Counted from the first letter of the whole stretch, positions 1-9,921 are shown. The stretch is 63,589 bases of DNA, filler included, from a bacterium (GCA_027063545.1; 11 parts of 11 records of this genome joined end to end with filler, not necessarily neighbours in it), one strand, 5' to 3'. Program-made: numbers and translations. The notes: generated by a model not told the origin, from the letters alone.

Positions 1-1
1 C

Positions 2-556
2 TTAACTATTTTCCAACTTTTGACTATTAGTCATTTTTTCCCTTATGGTCATTTTTTGACCTTTAGTCAATATTCTAATATAGAAAAAAAATATTTTTTT
101 GTCAAATTTTTTTAAAATTTTTTTTTTAAATCTTTGAGATGCTATATCATCAAAGAGTTTTTGAGTTTCTTTATAAAAATATTTTTTATACTCTTCTATA
201 CTCTTATCCTTTAATTTTTCAACTATCTTTCTATTCCTAGATGCTTCTATATATCTTTTTTTCAATTCATCTAACTTTGATAAAATTACTTGAATTTTTT
301 TTATTTCACTATACTCTCTTTTTTGATTTTCATACAAAAAACTATTACTATATCTCCATCTTGCTAGATCTATTTTTCCTATTCTGTTTTTACTTTCATT
401 TTTTAAAACTTGTATTTCTTTTTCTTTAATTTCTTTTAATATTTCCTTTTGTTTTTCTAAAATATTTTGTTGATTTATAAAATCACGATGTGCTAACTTT
501 TCCTTTAACTCTCTATATTTTAAAAATTTCTCTAATCTAAAATTATATCTTCTCAT
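2..556 (-). CDS. fliJ: Flagellar export protein FliJ (C-terminus probably over-extended)
   Basis: N-terminal YNFRLEKFLKYR, coiled-coil body, 'EASRNRKIVEKLKDK...ETQKLFDD' FliJ-like end; directly downstream of fliI. Confidence 0.85.
   Translation of the reverse strand: MRRYNFRLEKFLKYRELKEKLAHRDFINQQNILEKQKEILKEIKEKEIQVLKNESKNRIGKIDLARWRYSNSFLYENQKREYSEIKKIQVILSKLDELKKRYIEASRNRKIVEKLKDKSIEEYKKYFYKETQKLFDDIASQRFKKKILKKFDKKIFFFYIRILTKGQKMTIREKMTNSQKLENS
21..69. promoter_or_regulatory. Array of TGAC/GTCA half-sites in 9-bp phase, putative transcription-factor binding sites
   Basis: TGAC at 21 and 57, GTCA at 30, 48 and 66; forms TGAC-N5-GTCA twice and GTCA-N5-TGAC once. Confidence 0.5.
77..105 (-). 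promoter_or_regulatory. Putative sigma70 promoter pointing out of the window
   Basis: Minus strand TTGACA-N17-TATATT. Confidence 0.5.
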
Positions 557-582
557 AAGTTATAATAATGATATTTAAAAAA

Positions 583-1899
583 TTACAAATTTATCTTTTC
601 TGCTATGCTATATAATATCTTAAGAGTTTCTTCAAAAGAAAAATGTTCATCAACTCTTTGTTTTAAAAAATTGTTTATATCTTCATTCAAATTAATAGCA
701 AGATCTATCTTAGGATTTGTTCCTTTCTGATAAGCACCTAAATTTATTAAATCTTCATTATCCCTATATATTGACATTAAAGTCTTAATTTTACCAGCTG
801 CTTCTAAATGTTTATTATCTACTATTTCACTCATAAGCCTTGAAATACTTGAGAGTACATCAATAGCAGGAAAATGATTTCTATTGGCTAAAGCCCTAGA
901 TAATACAATATGCCCATCAAGTATTCCCCTTGCAGTATCTGAAATAGGCTCGTCTAAATCATCCCCTTCAACTAATACTGTATATATACCTGTTATTGTC
1001 CCTTTAGAAGAATTCCCAGCCCTTTCCAATAATTTAGGCATTAATGCAAAAACACTAGGAGGATATCCCCTTGTAGTTGGAGGTTCTCCAATAGCTAAAC
1101 CTATCTCTCTCTGAGCCAAAGCAAATCTTGTTAAAGAATCCATCATTAAAAGTACATTCTTCCCTTTATCTCTAAAATATTCTGCTATTCTCGTTGCTAC
1201 AAAAGCAGCTTTTACCCTCTCTATCGCTGGCTTATCTGACGTTGCAACTATTACTACTGATTTCTTTAACCCTTCATCTTTCAAATCTCTTTCTAAAAAT
1301 TCCCTAACTTCCCTACCTCTTTCTCCTATCAAAGCAATAACATTTATATCTGCAGAAGAATATCTAGCTATCATACCAAGCAGTGTAGACTTCCCTACAC
1401 CACTTCCTGCAAATATTCCTATTCTTTGTCCCTTACCTATAGTTAATAGCCCATCTATAGATTTTATTCCTGTTTCAATTGGTTGAACTATCTTTTCTCT
1501 TTCTAAAGGATTAGGAGCATCATTAGATATTGAAACATATTCATATTTATTAACTTCTCCCTTATTGTCTATTAATTCACCTACACCATTTAATATTCTC
1601 CCTAACAATTCCTCAGATACTTTTATCCCTAGTATAGACCCTGTTGCTTCAACTATAAAACCTGATTTTATTCCTTCCATATGGGATAAAGGCATAATGT
1701 ATGTAATATTATTATTAAAACCAACTATCTCACCTTTAGAGATTACATTCCCTTTCTTATCTTTTATAAAAACTAACTCTCCTATAGAAGAAACAGGCCC
1801 TTCTGATTCAACTGTTAATCCTACAACCCTTTTTATTGTTCCTATGAGTCTATAAGAAATCTCATTGGATATTAGATTCTTATATTTTTCAAGAAACAT
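583..1899 (-). CDS. fliI: Flagellar export ATPase FliI
   Basis: GQRIGIFAGSGVGKST Walker A, IGERGRE, MDSLTRFA, GEPPTTRGYPPS, DGHIVL. Confidence 0.97.
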   Translation of the reverse strand: MFLEKYKNLISNEISYRLIGTIKRVVGLTVESEGPVSSIGELVFIKDKKGNVISKGEIVGFNNNITYIMPLSHMEGIKSGFIVEATGSILGIKVSEELLGRILNGVGELIDNKGEVNKYEYVSISNDAPNPLEREKIVQPIETGIKSIDGLLTIGKGQRIGIFAGSGVGKSTLLGMIARYSSADINVIALIGERGREVREFLERDLKDEGLKKSVVIVATSDKPAIERVKAAFVATRIAEYFRDKGKNVLLMMDSLTRFALAQREIGLAIGEPPTTRGYPPSVFALMPKLLERAGNSSKGTITGIYTVLVEGDDLDEPISDTARGILDGHIVLSRALANRNHFPAIDVLSSISRLMSEIVDNKHLEAAGKIKTLMSIYRDNEDLINLGAYQKGTNPKIDLAINLNEDINNFLKQRVDEHFSFEETLKILYSIAEKINL

Positions 1900-2638
1900 T
1901 ATTTTCCCATAATTCTAAAATTTTTTCCCTTAACTTTTTTATCCTTTCCTCAACCCTAGCGTCGACAATTCCCTTTTCAGATTTTACAATAACACTACCC
2001 TTTGAAAAATCCTCTCTAGGTATATACTCTATCAATTCCTTTTTAGCTTCTATTGGTTGCCACAAATATTCTTTTGATTTTAAAATCAACAAATCATTAG
2101 GATTTAAATAAATTTGAAGTTTTGAAGAAAAATCAATATACTCTACCAAATCTTTTAATACCTTTATAATATATTCTTTATCTTCTTCAATCTTTTTATA
2201 TATAATTTTCTCAACAAATATATTTAAAATCTCTATAAAGTCTCTTTCTATTAAACTCAACATCTCCTTTTTTGAATTCTCTATATTCTTTACAAGATCC
2301 TCTATAAGAGAAGAATATTGCTTTAATTCATTATCTAAAATCTGTTTATATTTTTCCTCTAAATCCTTCTCTGCTTTTTTATATCCCTCATCAAAAGCCT
2401 TACTTTTTTCTTCTATTATTTTTTTTTCATATTCTTTTTTTATATCCTCTATTATTCTATCTTTTTGTTTTAACTTTAGCTCCAAGTCCTTTAATTTAGC
2501 TTCATATTCGTCTACTATTTTATTTGTCTCTTCTTCTATATGTTCCTTTTCTAAGTCTGGTAAAATAAGATCATTAATCTCAAAACTCTTATTCTTTTTA
2601 TCTAAAAGATTTTTTATTTTATTACGATTTATATCCAT
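1889..2638 (-). CDS. fliH: Flagellar assembly protein FliH
   Basis: Coiled coil with AFDEGYKKA, C-terminal LNPND...GSVIVKSEKGIVDA; lies between fliG and fliI. Confidence 0.9.
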   Translation of the reverse strand: MDINRNKIKNLLDKKNKSFEINDLILPDLEKEHIEEETNKIVDEYEAKLKDLELKLKQKDRIIEDIKKEYEKKIIEEKSKAFDEGYKKAEKDLEEKYKQILDNELKQYSSLIEDLVKNIENSKKEMLSLIERDFIEILNIFVEKIIYKKIEEDKEYIIKVLKDLVEYIDFSSKLQIYLNPNDLLILKSKEYLWQPIEAKKELIEYIPREDFSKGSVIVKSEKGIVDARVEERIKKLREKILELWENNVS

Positions 2639-2656
2639 ATATAATCCTCTTTATAT

Positions 2657-3736
2657 CTACATAATTAATTCGTTCTCCCCACCTCTACCTGCAATAACAA
2701 TTTCACCTTCTTCTTCCAGACGTCTTACCACTTCTACAATCTTCTGTTGCGCAGCTTCAACATCCTTTACCCTAACAGGTCCCATATACTCCATCTCTTC
2801 TTTAATCATCTCAGCTGCTCTTGAAGACATATTCTTGAAGAATTTCTCTTTTAACTCATCACTAGCACCCTTTAAAGCTAATGTTAAATCTTTTGTATCT
2901 ATCTCTTTTAAAATTCTTTGGATACCTCTATCATCTATTAATAAAATATCTTCGAATACAAACATTAAATTCTTTATAGCTGTAGCAAGCTCTGGATTAT
3001 CTTTCTCTAATGTCCCTAAAATATTCTTCTCAGTAGCCATATCAACCATATTCATAATCTCAGCTATTGATTTTATTCCTCCAACTTCTGTTGTTGTACC
3101 TCCAGCAAGTCCCCTTATTTGATGTGCTAATATTTCATCTAACCTTTTTAATATATCTGGAGAAATACTTTTCATTGTTGCAATTCTTACAGCTACATCA
3201 ACCTGCATCTCTGGGGGTAAAGCGGATAAAATTTGCGCTGCTTTTTGAGTATCTAAATATGCCAAAAGTAATGCTATTGTTTGAGGGTGCTCATTTTGAA
3301 GTAAATTTACAAGTTGGGCTGTATCTACTTCATTTAATAAATCAAAACCTGTCTTTTGAATAGAACTTTTAATCTTTTCTATTAACTCTTTTGCTTTATC
3401 TGGACCTAAAGCGTCCATAAGTACTTTTTCGGCAAAAGATAATCCTCCCTGAGCCACAAATCTTTGTGCCATTAATATTTCATTAAACTCTTCCAGTACC
3501 ATATCCTTAACTATAGGATCTACATTCTGAAGTTTTGCAACTTCTGTTGATAAAACTTCTATTTCTTCTTCTGTAAGTTTTGCAAAAATCTTTGCTGAAG
3601 ACTTAGCCCCTAAAGAAATTAATACTATTGCTGCCTTTTGAACACCTGTTAAAGAATTATATATTTCTTTTGCTTTATTTAAAGCTTCGGAATCTTTATA
3701 TCTAGACTTAAAAAAAGTCTTTTTTTCCTTTGCCAT
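2657..3736 (-). CDS. fliG: Flagellar motor switch protein FliG
   Basis: QKAAIVL, EHPQTIAL, MFVFED, NMSSRAAEM, GPVRVKDVEAAQ. Confidence 0.97.
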   Translation of the reverse strand: MAKEKKTFFKSRYKDSEALNKAKEIYNSLTGVQKAAIVLISLGAKSSAKIFAKLTEEEIEVLSTEVAKLQNVDPIVKDMVLEEFNEILMAQRFVAQGGLSFAEKVLMDALGPDKAKELIEKIKSSIQKTGFDLLNEVDTAQLVNLLQNEHPQTIALLLAYLDTQKAAQILSALPPEMQVDVAVRIATMKSISPDILKRLDEILAHQIRGLAGGTTTEVGGIKSIAEIMNMVDMATEKNILGTLEKDNPELATAIKNLMFVFEDILLIDDRGIQRILKEIDTKDLTLALKGASDELKEKFFKNMSSRAAEMIKEEMEYMGPVRVKDVEAAQQKIVEVVRRLEEEGEIVIAGRGGENELIM

Positions 3737-5277
3737 TATTTTTTATCCCCACCTTTTGATTTAGATTGCATAAGCACCCTTATAGCAGAAACAATTACAT
3801 CAATATTCTCCTCCATTTGATCTTCTATATCCGCAACCATACTCTCAAAAAATTCCTCTTCCTCTTCTTCTTCTTTAGCTACAGCAGCTGAAGGACCAGA
3901 TACAGGTATATATTCCGGTTTTTTGGCAGTAAAAACATTCATTAAAGAAGATACCATACTCTTTAATAATAAAATTATAAATATTACTACAAAAAATAAA
4001 AGTCCCCATTTTATTTGTTTCATCAACAATTCTTTCTTTTTTTCTTTTTCCATAGCCATAAGCTCTTGATTTATATAAGATCTATCAAATTGAACATTTG
4101 TAACAACAACCTCATCCCCCCTATCAGCATTAAATCCAACAGCTTTCTTTACTAACTCTTCTATTTTAGCTAATTCATCTTCACTTCTAGGTACATATAC
4201 AATAGAATCTCCCTGTTTTTTATATATTCCATCTATAGCAACAGACACTGTTAATCTTTTTATATTCCCTACCTCGCCAATTATATGAGATATTGTCTTA
4301 TCAATTTCATAATTTACAATCTGATCTTCCTTTTGAGTATTATTCTGATCCTGAGCCGATTGACTAGAATATTTTTTTACCTCTTTACTTCTAACTACAC
4401 CACCTTCTGGGTTATACTGCTCAACTGTTTTTTCAATTCTTTCAAAATTTAAATCTGCAGATACTCTTACAACAGATTTTCCCGGCCCCAATATATTATC
4501 TAACAATGATTGAATTTTATTTTGTAAAGCCTTTTCAACATTATTTTTTAACTCCTGTTGAAAAGCTGTTAGATGAGCTATTTCTTCTTGTTGATAAGGC
4601 GAAGTTAAAAGATTACCATACTGATCTACTATTGTTACATTATTTCTATCAAGTCCTTCAACAGCAGAAGATACTAAGTATACAATTCCTTCTATCTGTT
4701 TTTTAGTTAAACGTTTTCCAGGTTTTAATTTAACAATAACAGAGACTTTGGCTGGCTCTTCTTTATCTTCAAAAATAGATTCTTTTTTAAAAACAATATG
4801 AACTCTACATGCTTCTATTTCTTTAATAGAAGATATCGTTTTTGCTAATTCTCCTTCCAATGCCCTTTTATAATTAACCTTTAATTGAAAATCAGTTAAT
4901 CCTAAAGAAGATTTATCTAATAATTCATATCCTATTATTTTACTATCAGCAGGAAGTCCATCCTTTGCCAAAACCATCTTTATTTCATATTTTTTATTCT
5001 TAGGTACTAAAATCGATCTCCCATCATCTCCTATTTTATATTTATATCCATCTTGTTTTAATCTATCTATAATAGCGGCCATATCATCATCAGATAAATT
5101 TTTATATAAATAAACCATCTCTTCACTTTTTGAAGTAGAAACAGGGGTAAAAATAATAAAAGCAAGACCTATAAATGTTATACTAATAATAGTGGATACT
5201 AATATCTTTTGACTTAAAGAAAGTTTATTCCAAACTTGTAATACATGATTTATAAACTGCTTAAAAAACTCTACCAT
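3736..5277 (-). CDS. fliF: Flagellar MS-ring protein FliF
   Basis: Two TM segments, GYELLD, RALEGELAKTI, SSAVEGL...NVTIVDQYG, NYEIDKT, AVGFNADRGD. Confidence 0.96.
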   Translation of the reverse strand: MVEFFKQFINHVLQVWNKLSLSQKILVSTIISITFIGLAFIIFTPVSTSKSEEMVYLYKNLSDDDMAAIIDRLKQDGYKYKIGDDGRSILVPKNKKYEIKMVLAKDGLPADSKIIGYELLDKSSLGLTDFQLKVNYKRALEGELAKTISSIKEIEACRVHIVFKKESIFEDKEEPAKVSVIVKLKPGKRLTKKQIEGIVYLVSSAVEGLDRNNVTIVDQYGNLLTSPYQQEEIAHLTAFQQELKNNVEKALQNKIQSLLDNILGPGKSVVRVSADLNFERIEKTVEQYNPEGGVVRSKEVKKYSSQSAQDQNNTQKEDQIVNYEIDKTISHIIGEVGNIKRLTVSVAIDGIYKKQGDSIVYVPRSEDELAKIEELVKKAVGFNADRGDEVVVTNVQFDRSYINQELMAMEKEKKKELLMKQIKWGLLFFVVIFIILLLKSMVSSLMNVFTAKKPEYIPVSGPSAAVAKEEEEEEEFFESMVADIEDQMEENIDVIVSAIRVLMQSKSKGGDKK

Positions 5278-5280
5278 AGA

Positions 5281-5604
5281 CTATATATTCATCCTTTCTA
5301 ATTCTTTATAAGCATCTATAAGTTTATTCTTTATCTCTATCATTAAATCAAAGGCTATATCTGCTTCTGCTATAGCATTCATAACCTGATTTATATCTTT
5401 AATTTCTCCAGATAACATTTTCTCTATACTATCTTTTACTTTACCTTGAAGATTATTAACATCTTTCAAAGTTTCCTTTAATACATCCTCAAAACTTTTA
5501 TTTTGCACTTTTTCGTTTTGTTTAGTATCTAATTTTCTTGGTAAATTTGTTTGATTTATTTTACTTAATAATGAATCTAATCCGTTTGTGTTGTTTATAA
5601 CCAT
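5281..5604 (-). CDS. fliE: Flagellar hook-basal body protein FliE
   Basis: C-terminal EIKNKLIDAYKELERM; position between flgC and fliF. Confidence 0.95.
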   Translation of the reverse strand: MVINNTNGLDSLLSKINQTNLPRKLDTKQNEKVQNKSFEDVLKETLKDVNNLQGKVKDSIEKMLSGEIKDINQVMNAIAEADIAFDLMIEIKNKLIDAYKELERMNI

Positions 5605-5640
5605 ATTTCTTCTCCTTTATATTTAAAATATATATTTTTT

Positions 5641-6138
5641 TTAAATAATTTCTAATGATTTTTGTAGTATCGCTTTAATAGATTCAAAACTTGTTGCATT
5701 AGCTTCATAAGCTCTTTGGGCTTCTATCATCTTTACCATCTCTTCCACTGGATTAATGTTTGGATATCTTACATATCCATTCTTATCAGCTAAAGGATGA
5801 GAAGGATCGTAAACTAACTTTGGGGGAATATCCTTATCAACTATGGAAGTTACTTCTACACCCTCTCCTACTTTTTCTTTTACAACATCTTTTTCATCTT
5901 CAGGAAAATGTTTCCTATCTGTTCTATATAAATCAATTTTTTGGGAAAAAATTTCCTTAAAATCATTTAAACCTTTAGGTTTTAAAATAATTTCTTTAGG
6001 TTTATATCCGTCACCATTATCTGATAAAACAGTATTAACATTGGCTAAATTAGAAGCTATTATATTAAGTCTTAGCCTTTGAGCTCTCATTCCACTTGAA
6101 GCTATTTCTAATCCTCTAAAAATGCCTGTTAGTGCCAT
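5641..6138 (-). CDS. flgC: Flagellar basal-body rod protein FlgC
   Basis: SGMRAQRLRLNIIASNLAN, YDPSHPLAD..GYVRYPN, RAYEAN. Confidence 0.97.
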   Translation of the reverse strand: MALTGIFRGLEIASSGMRAQRLRLNIIASNLANVNTVLSDNGDGYKPKEIILKPKGLNDFKEIFSQKIDLYRTDRKHFPEDEKDVVKEKVGEGVEVTSIVDKDIPPKLVYDPSHPLADKNGYVRYPNINPVEEMVKMIEAQRAYEANATSFESIKAILQKSLEII

Positions 6139-6159
6139 TTTTTATACTCCTTTTTTATT

Positions 6160-6342
6160 CTAATATTGTGTTCTTGAAGTTATAGCCTTTTTTAAACTAT
6201 TATACTGAAAATTTAAAAATTTTACTCCCATATTATATAGTATTTGATTTTCAGCCATTTTTGCCATCTCTTCATCTATATCAACATTATTTACTCCAGA
6301 ATACATATTATCATCATCTGGAACATATACCTCTGGCTCTAT
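6160..6342 (-). CDS. flgB: Flagellar rod protein FlgB, 3' fragment (not in ORF track)
   Basis: Manual translation ...SGVNNVDIDEEMAKMAENQILYNMGVKFLNFQYNSLKKAITSRTQY*; upstream of flgC; cut by gap. Confidence 0.9.
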   Translation of the reverse strand: MEPEVYVPDDDNMYSGVNNVDIDEEMAKMAENQILYNMGVKFLNFQYNSLKKAITSRTQY

Positions 6343-6343
6343 T

Positions 6344-6443
6344 NNNNNNNNNNNNNNNNNNNNNNNNNNNNNNNNNNNNNNNNNNNNTTAATTAATTAAN
6401 NNNNNNNNNNNNNNNNNNNNNNNNNNNNNNNNNNNNNNNNNNN
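6344..6443. other. Artificial contig spacer
   Basis: 100 nt: Ns flanking TTAATTAATTAA (stops in all frames). Confidence 0.99.
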
Positions 6444-6445
6444 CA

Positions 6446-8680
6446 GAACATAAAAAAATAAAAGTTGAAGAAACTTTAAGGGTTAGTGTTAAACTTTTAG
6501 ATGAATTAATGACTTTAGCAAGTGAAATGGTACTGGCAAGAAACCAACTTTTAAATCTTTCTCAATATGTTGAAAATGAGGTTGAAGGTTTTGCTAACAC
6601 TTTACAAGCTATAAATAGATTGACAACAGAGCTTCAAGAAAAGATAATGCAAACAAGAATGCAGAAAGTTGATGTTGTATTTAAGAAATTTCCAAGGGTT
6701 ATTAGAGATTTGGCAAATAAATTAAATAAAAAAGTAAGATTAGAGGTTTCTGGTCAAGATGTAGAACTTGATAAATCTATAATTGAAAATTTACCTGATC
6801 CTATGACACATTTAATCAGAAATGCTATAGACCATGGTATTGAACCTCCAGAGGAAAGAAAACAGATAGGAAAGCCTGAAGAAGGTGTTATAAAAATTGA
6901 GGCTAGACAAGAAGGTGGTTGGGTAATTATAGATATATCTGATGATGGTAGAGGGTTAAATAAAGAGAAGATAATTAAAAAGGCTATAGAAAAAGGTATT
7001 ATTGCCCTTGGTGAAGAGAAAAATATGACAGATAAGGAAATTTATAATCTTATATTTCAACCGGGCTTTTCAACAGCTGAAAAAGTTTCTGACATTTCAG
7101 GTCGTGGTGTTGGAATGGATGTAGTTTATACAAATATAACAAAGTTAGGCGGAACAGTCTTAGTTAATAGTGAAGAAGGAAAAGGAACAACAATAACTTT
7201 AAGACTTCCTTTAACACTTGCTATTATGCCGGCTATTGTAGTAAAAGCAGGAAATCATAGAGTTGCTATACCACAAACAGCTTTAGTTGAAATAGTTGTT
7301 TTTAGTAAAAATGATTCTACAAAAAGAATTGAAGAGGTTCATGGCGCTCCTGTTTTAAGATTAAGGGGTAATTTGCTCCCACTTCTTAGATTAACAGATG
7401 TTCTTGAAATAGAAAGGTATTTTGTTCATCCTGAGACAGGAGAATTAATGAAGGATAGAAGAACAAGAATAGCAGATAGAAGACAACCAAAAGGATTAAA
7501 AGATTTTAATAATGATCCAGATAGATATGATGGACTTGGAAGACGTGATCCAACAAAGAATGTGAATAGAATACTTGTTTTAAAGTCAAATGAAAATGTA
7601 TTTGGACTTTTAGTGGATGAGATTATAACAAATGAAGAGATTGTAATAAAGAGTCTTCCAGGATTTTTAAAACATTTAGAAGTATATTCGGGAATTTCTA
7701 TAATGGGTGATGGATATATTTCTTTAATTATAAATATTGAAGGAATTATCAAGAAAGCAAACTTAAAGTTTGCTTCTATAGAAAAGGTAAATAAGGAATT
7801 ACAAGAGGAAGAAGAATTGAAGAAATTAAGAGAATCTCAGTCTCTATTATTATTAAGACATGATGATAATGAAAACCTCTTTGCGGTTAATATTGATATC
7901 ATAAAGAGAATTGAAAAGGTTACAAAAGATGATTTTGAAGAGGTAGGAAATAAATTATATCTAAAGAGAAAGGATGGTATCATTGAGATTGTAACCTTTG
8001 ATAAATTCTTTGATGTAGAACCTTTTGACTGGAATAAAGAAGAGTTATTTGTTGTTATACCAAATATTCATGATGGTGGTATAGCATTTTTGGTACAAGA
8101 TATAGCAGATACTTTAACTATTCATGTTGATTTAGATACCAAAACAATTAATAATCCTCTTCTTTTAGGAACTATGGTAATAAAAGACAAAATAGTTTTA
8201 TTCCCAGATATATATAAAATATACGAAAATGTTAATCCTCAAAAATATAAAGTAGAGAAAAAGCCGCAGATTATAAAGAAAGATAAAATAAAGATTTTAT
8301 TAGTTGAGGATACACCTTTCTTTTTAAATACTGTAAAAAGATATTTAGTTGATGCAGGATATGACGTTGATACTGCTGTAGATGGTCTACAAGGACTTGA
8401 CTTATTTAAGAAAAATCAAGGAAAATATGATATAATTGTTTCTGATATTGTTATGCCAAGAATGAATGGTTGGGATATGGCGGCTGAGATAAGAAAGATT
8501 GATAAAGATATTCCTATGATAGCTTTAACAACACTTTCTAGTGATACAGATGTTCAAAAATGTTTTGAAGTTGGATTTGATGAATATGAATTAAAACTTT
8601 CTAAAGAGAGACTTTTAAAAAAAGTAGCAAATCTTTTAGAAGTTAGAGGTAAAAAACTAGAAAAGAAAGAAGAAAATTAA
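6446..8680 (+). CDS. cheA: Chemotaxis histidine kinase CheA, 5'-truncated (dimerisation, HATPase, two CheW-like domains, receiver)
   Basis: Open frame from contig start (ETLRVSVKLLDELM), HLIRNAIDHGIE, DDGRG, GFSTA, SGRGVGMDVV, LPLTLAI, C-terminal REC (VED...SDIVMPRMNG). Confidence 0.95.
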   Translation, partial: EHKKIKVEETLRVSVKLLDELMTLASEMVLARNQLLNLSQYVENEVEGFANTLQAINRLTTELQEKIMQTRMQKVDVVFKKFPRVIRDLANKLNKKVRLEVSGQDVELDKSIIENLPDPMTHLIRNAIDHGIEPPEERKQIGKPEEGVIKIEARQEGGWVIIDISDDGRGLNKEKIIKKAIEKGIIALGEEKNMTDKEIYNLIFQPGFSTAEKVSDISGRGVGMDVVYTNITKLGGTVLVNSEEGKGTTITLRLPLTLAIMPAIVVKAGNHRVAIPQTALVEIVVFSKNDSTKRIEEVHGAPVLRLRGNLLPLLRLTDVLEIERYFVHPETGELMKDRRTRIADRRQPKGLKDFNNDPDRYDGLGRRDPTKNVNRILVLKSNENVFGLLVDEIITNEEIVIKSLPGFLKHLEVYSGISIMGDGYISLIINIEGIIKKANLKFASIEKVNKELQEEEELKKLRESQSLLLLRHDDNENLFAVNIDIIKRIEKVTKDDFEEVGNKLYLKRKDGIIEIVTFDKFFDVEPFDWNKEELFVVIPNIHDGGIAFLVQDIADTLTIHVDLDTKTINNPLLLGTMVIKDKIVLFPDIYKIYENVNPQKYKVEKKPQIIKKDKIKILLVEDTPFFLNTVKRYLVDAGYDVDTAVDGLQGLDLFKKNQGKYDIIVSDIVMPRMNGWDMAAEIRKIDKDIPMIALTTLSSDTDVQKCFEVGFDEYELKLSKERLLKKVANLLEVRGKKLEKKEEN

Positions 8681-8695
8681 AAAAGGAGTTAATAT

Positions 8696-9226
8696 ATGGC
8701 TCAATTTGTGACATTTAGATTAAAACATATGCTATGTGGTATAAATATTTATCTTGTTAGAGAGTTCAATAAATATAATAAATATACACCAATTCCTTTA
8801 GCTCCAGATTTTATAGTGGGTTTTTTGAATTTAAGAGGAAAGATTGTTACAATAATAGATTTAGCTCAAAGGATAGGGGTTGTAAAGAGAGAGGGAGGAC
8901 GTTTATACTCAGATAAAGATGTGGATATTGTTTATGAAAATAAGGATAATTTAAAAAATTTAATATTAAAAACTGATGAAGAGATAGAACCACTAAGAGA
9001 AAAAGGATGGATTAATACTCATTTATTAAATGATAATGTTGGATTTTTAGTTGATAGTATAGAGGATGTTATAGAAATAGATCCCGAGCAAATTCAACCA
9101 CCTCCTGCTAATCTTCAAGCAGGAGAGCAGTTTATTAGTGGAGTGGTTGAACTGGATAATGATCTTCTTATTCTTCTTGATGTAGAGTCTATATTAGATT
9201 TTGCTCCAAAAGAGCAAAGAAGATAA
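8696..9226 (+). CDS. cheW: Chemotaxis adaptor CheW
   Basis: TPIPLAP..IVGFLNLRGKIVTIIDL, GFLVDSIEDV. Confidence 0.93.
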   Translation: MAQFVTFRLKHMLCGINIYLVREFNKYNKYTPIPLAPDFIVGFLNLRGKIVTIIDLAQRIGVVKREGGRLYSDKDVDIVYENKDNLKNLILKTDEEIEPLREKGWINTHLLNDNVGFLVDSIEDVIEIDPEQIQPPPANLQAGEQFISGVVELDNDLLILLDVESILDFAPKEQRR

Positions 9227-9242
9227 AAATACATTATTTTAT

Positions 9243-9890
9243 TTACTCCAGGGCTTCTTTAATTTTATGAAGAAGCTCTGGAGGATTATTAATAGGAAAT
9301 TCTATTTTATCTAAAATTTCGTTAATATTTTTTTCTTTAATTTTAATATTATCTAACTTTTCTTTTAGTCCCTTTTTACTTACGATAGGATATTTTATAC
9401 CTTTTATTTTTTCCAAAACAATGATACTCCAAGGTAGGGTATATAATTCTACATTTTCTATTGATTTTTGAGAATAATATTCATACATAATTTTAGGTTC
9501 ATCTCCTTTTTTTAAAAGTTCCCAAGCCCAATTAACAAGACCACCAGCAAAGTGTTCTCTAGATTTTTTTTCTTCTTTTTTGATTGCCTCAAAATCATTT
9601 ATCTTTTTCATTACATATTCTTTATCAGATTTTAAAATATTTTTAACTGTTTGTTTTGTTAGACCTACAATTTTTGCTATCTCTTCATCTGTTTTTAGAT
9701 ATTCTTCTTTTAATATTTTTACATAGGCTGCTCTTACTATGGATTCAAGCCATGTAAGTGTTTTATATTCAATAAGTTTATTTAACCCTCCAAGTAGTTC
9801 TAAACTTTTAAAAAAGATATTATATACCTTCTTTTCTATTTCTCTATTAAGAGATTTTTGATTATTTATTGGATTTATTTGGATTACCAT
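9243..9890 (-). CDS. KaiC-associated HTH regulatory protein (TIGR03879-like)
   Basis: LTWLESIVRAA, KTDEEIAKIVGLTKQTVKNIL HTH, HFAGGL; directly downstream of KaiC-domain gene. Confidence 0.75.
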   Translation of the reverse strand: MVIQINPINNQKSLNREIEKKVYNIFFKSLELLGGLNKLIEYKTLTWLESIVRAAYVKILKEEYLKTDEEIAKIVGLTKQTVKNILKSDKEYVMKKINDFEAIKKEEKKSREHFAGGLVNWAWELLKKGDEPKIMYEYYSQKSIENVELYTLPWSIIVLEKIKGIKYPIVSKKGLKEKLDNIKIKEKNINEILDKIEFPINNPPELLHKIKEALE

Positions 9891-9921
9891 AATCCCCTCT
9901 TTTTTTTGGTATACTCTTTAA

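Noticed and set aside
241-6082. Short plus-strand ORFs (241-429, 884-1114, 1565-1855, 2835-3122, 3067-3363, 4506-4706, 5760-5960, 5843-6082)
   Set aside because: Antisense shadows of well-supported flagellar genes, with no motifs
6388-6399. TTAATTAATTAA recurring about every 6 kb as a possible repeat family or CRISPR-like element
   Set aside because: Always centred in the N-linker; it is a synthetic all-frame stop
5641-9226. Apparent flagellar-chemotaxis supercluster (flgBC next to cheAW)
   Set aside because: The two groups lie on different contigs separated by an artificial spacer
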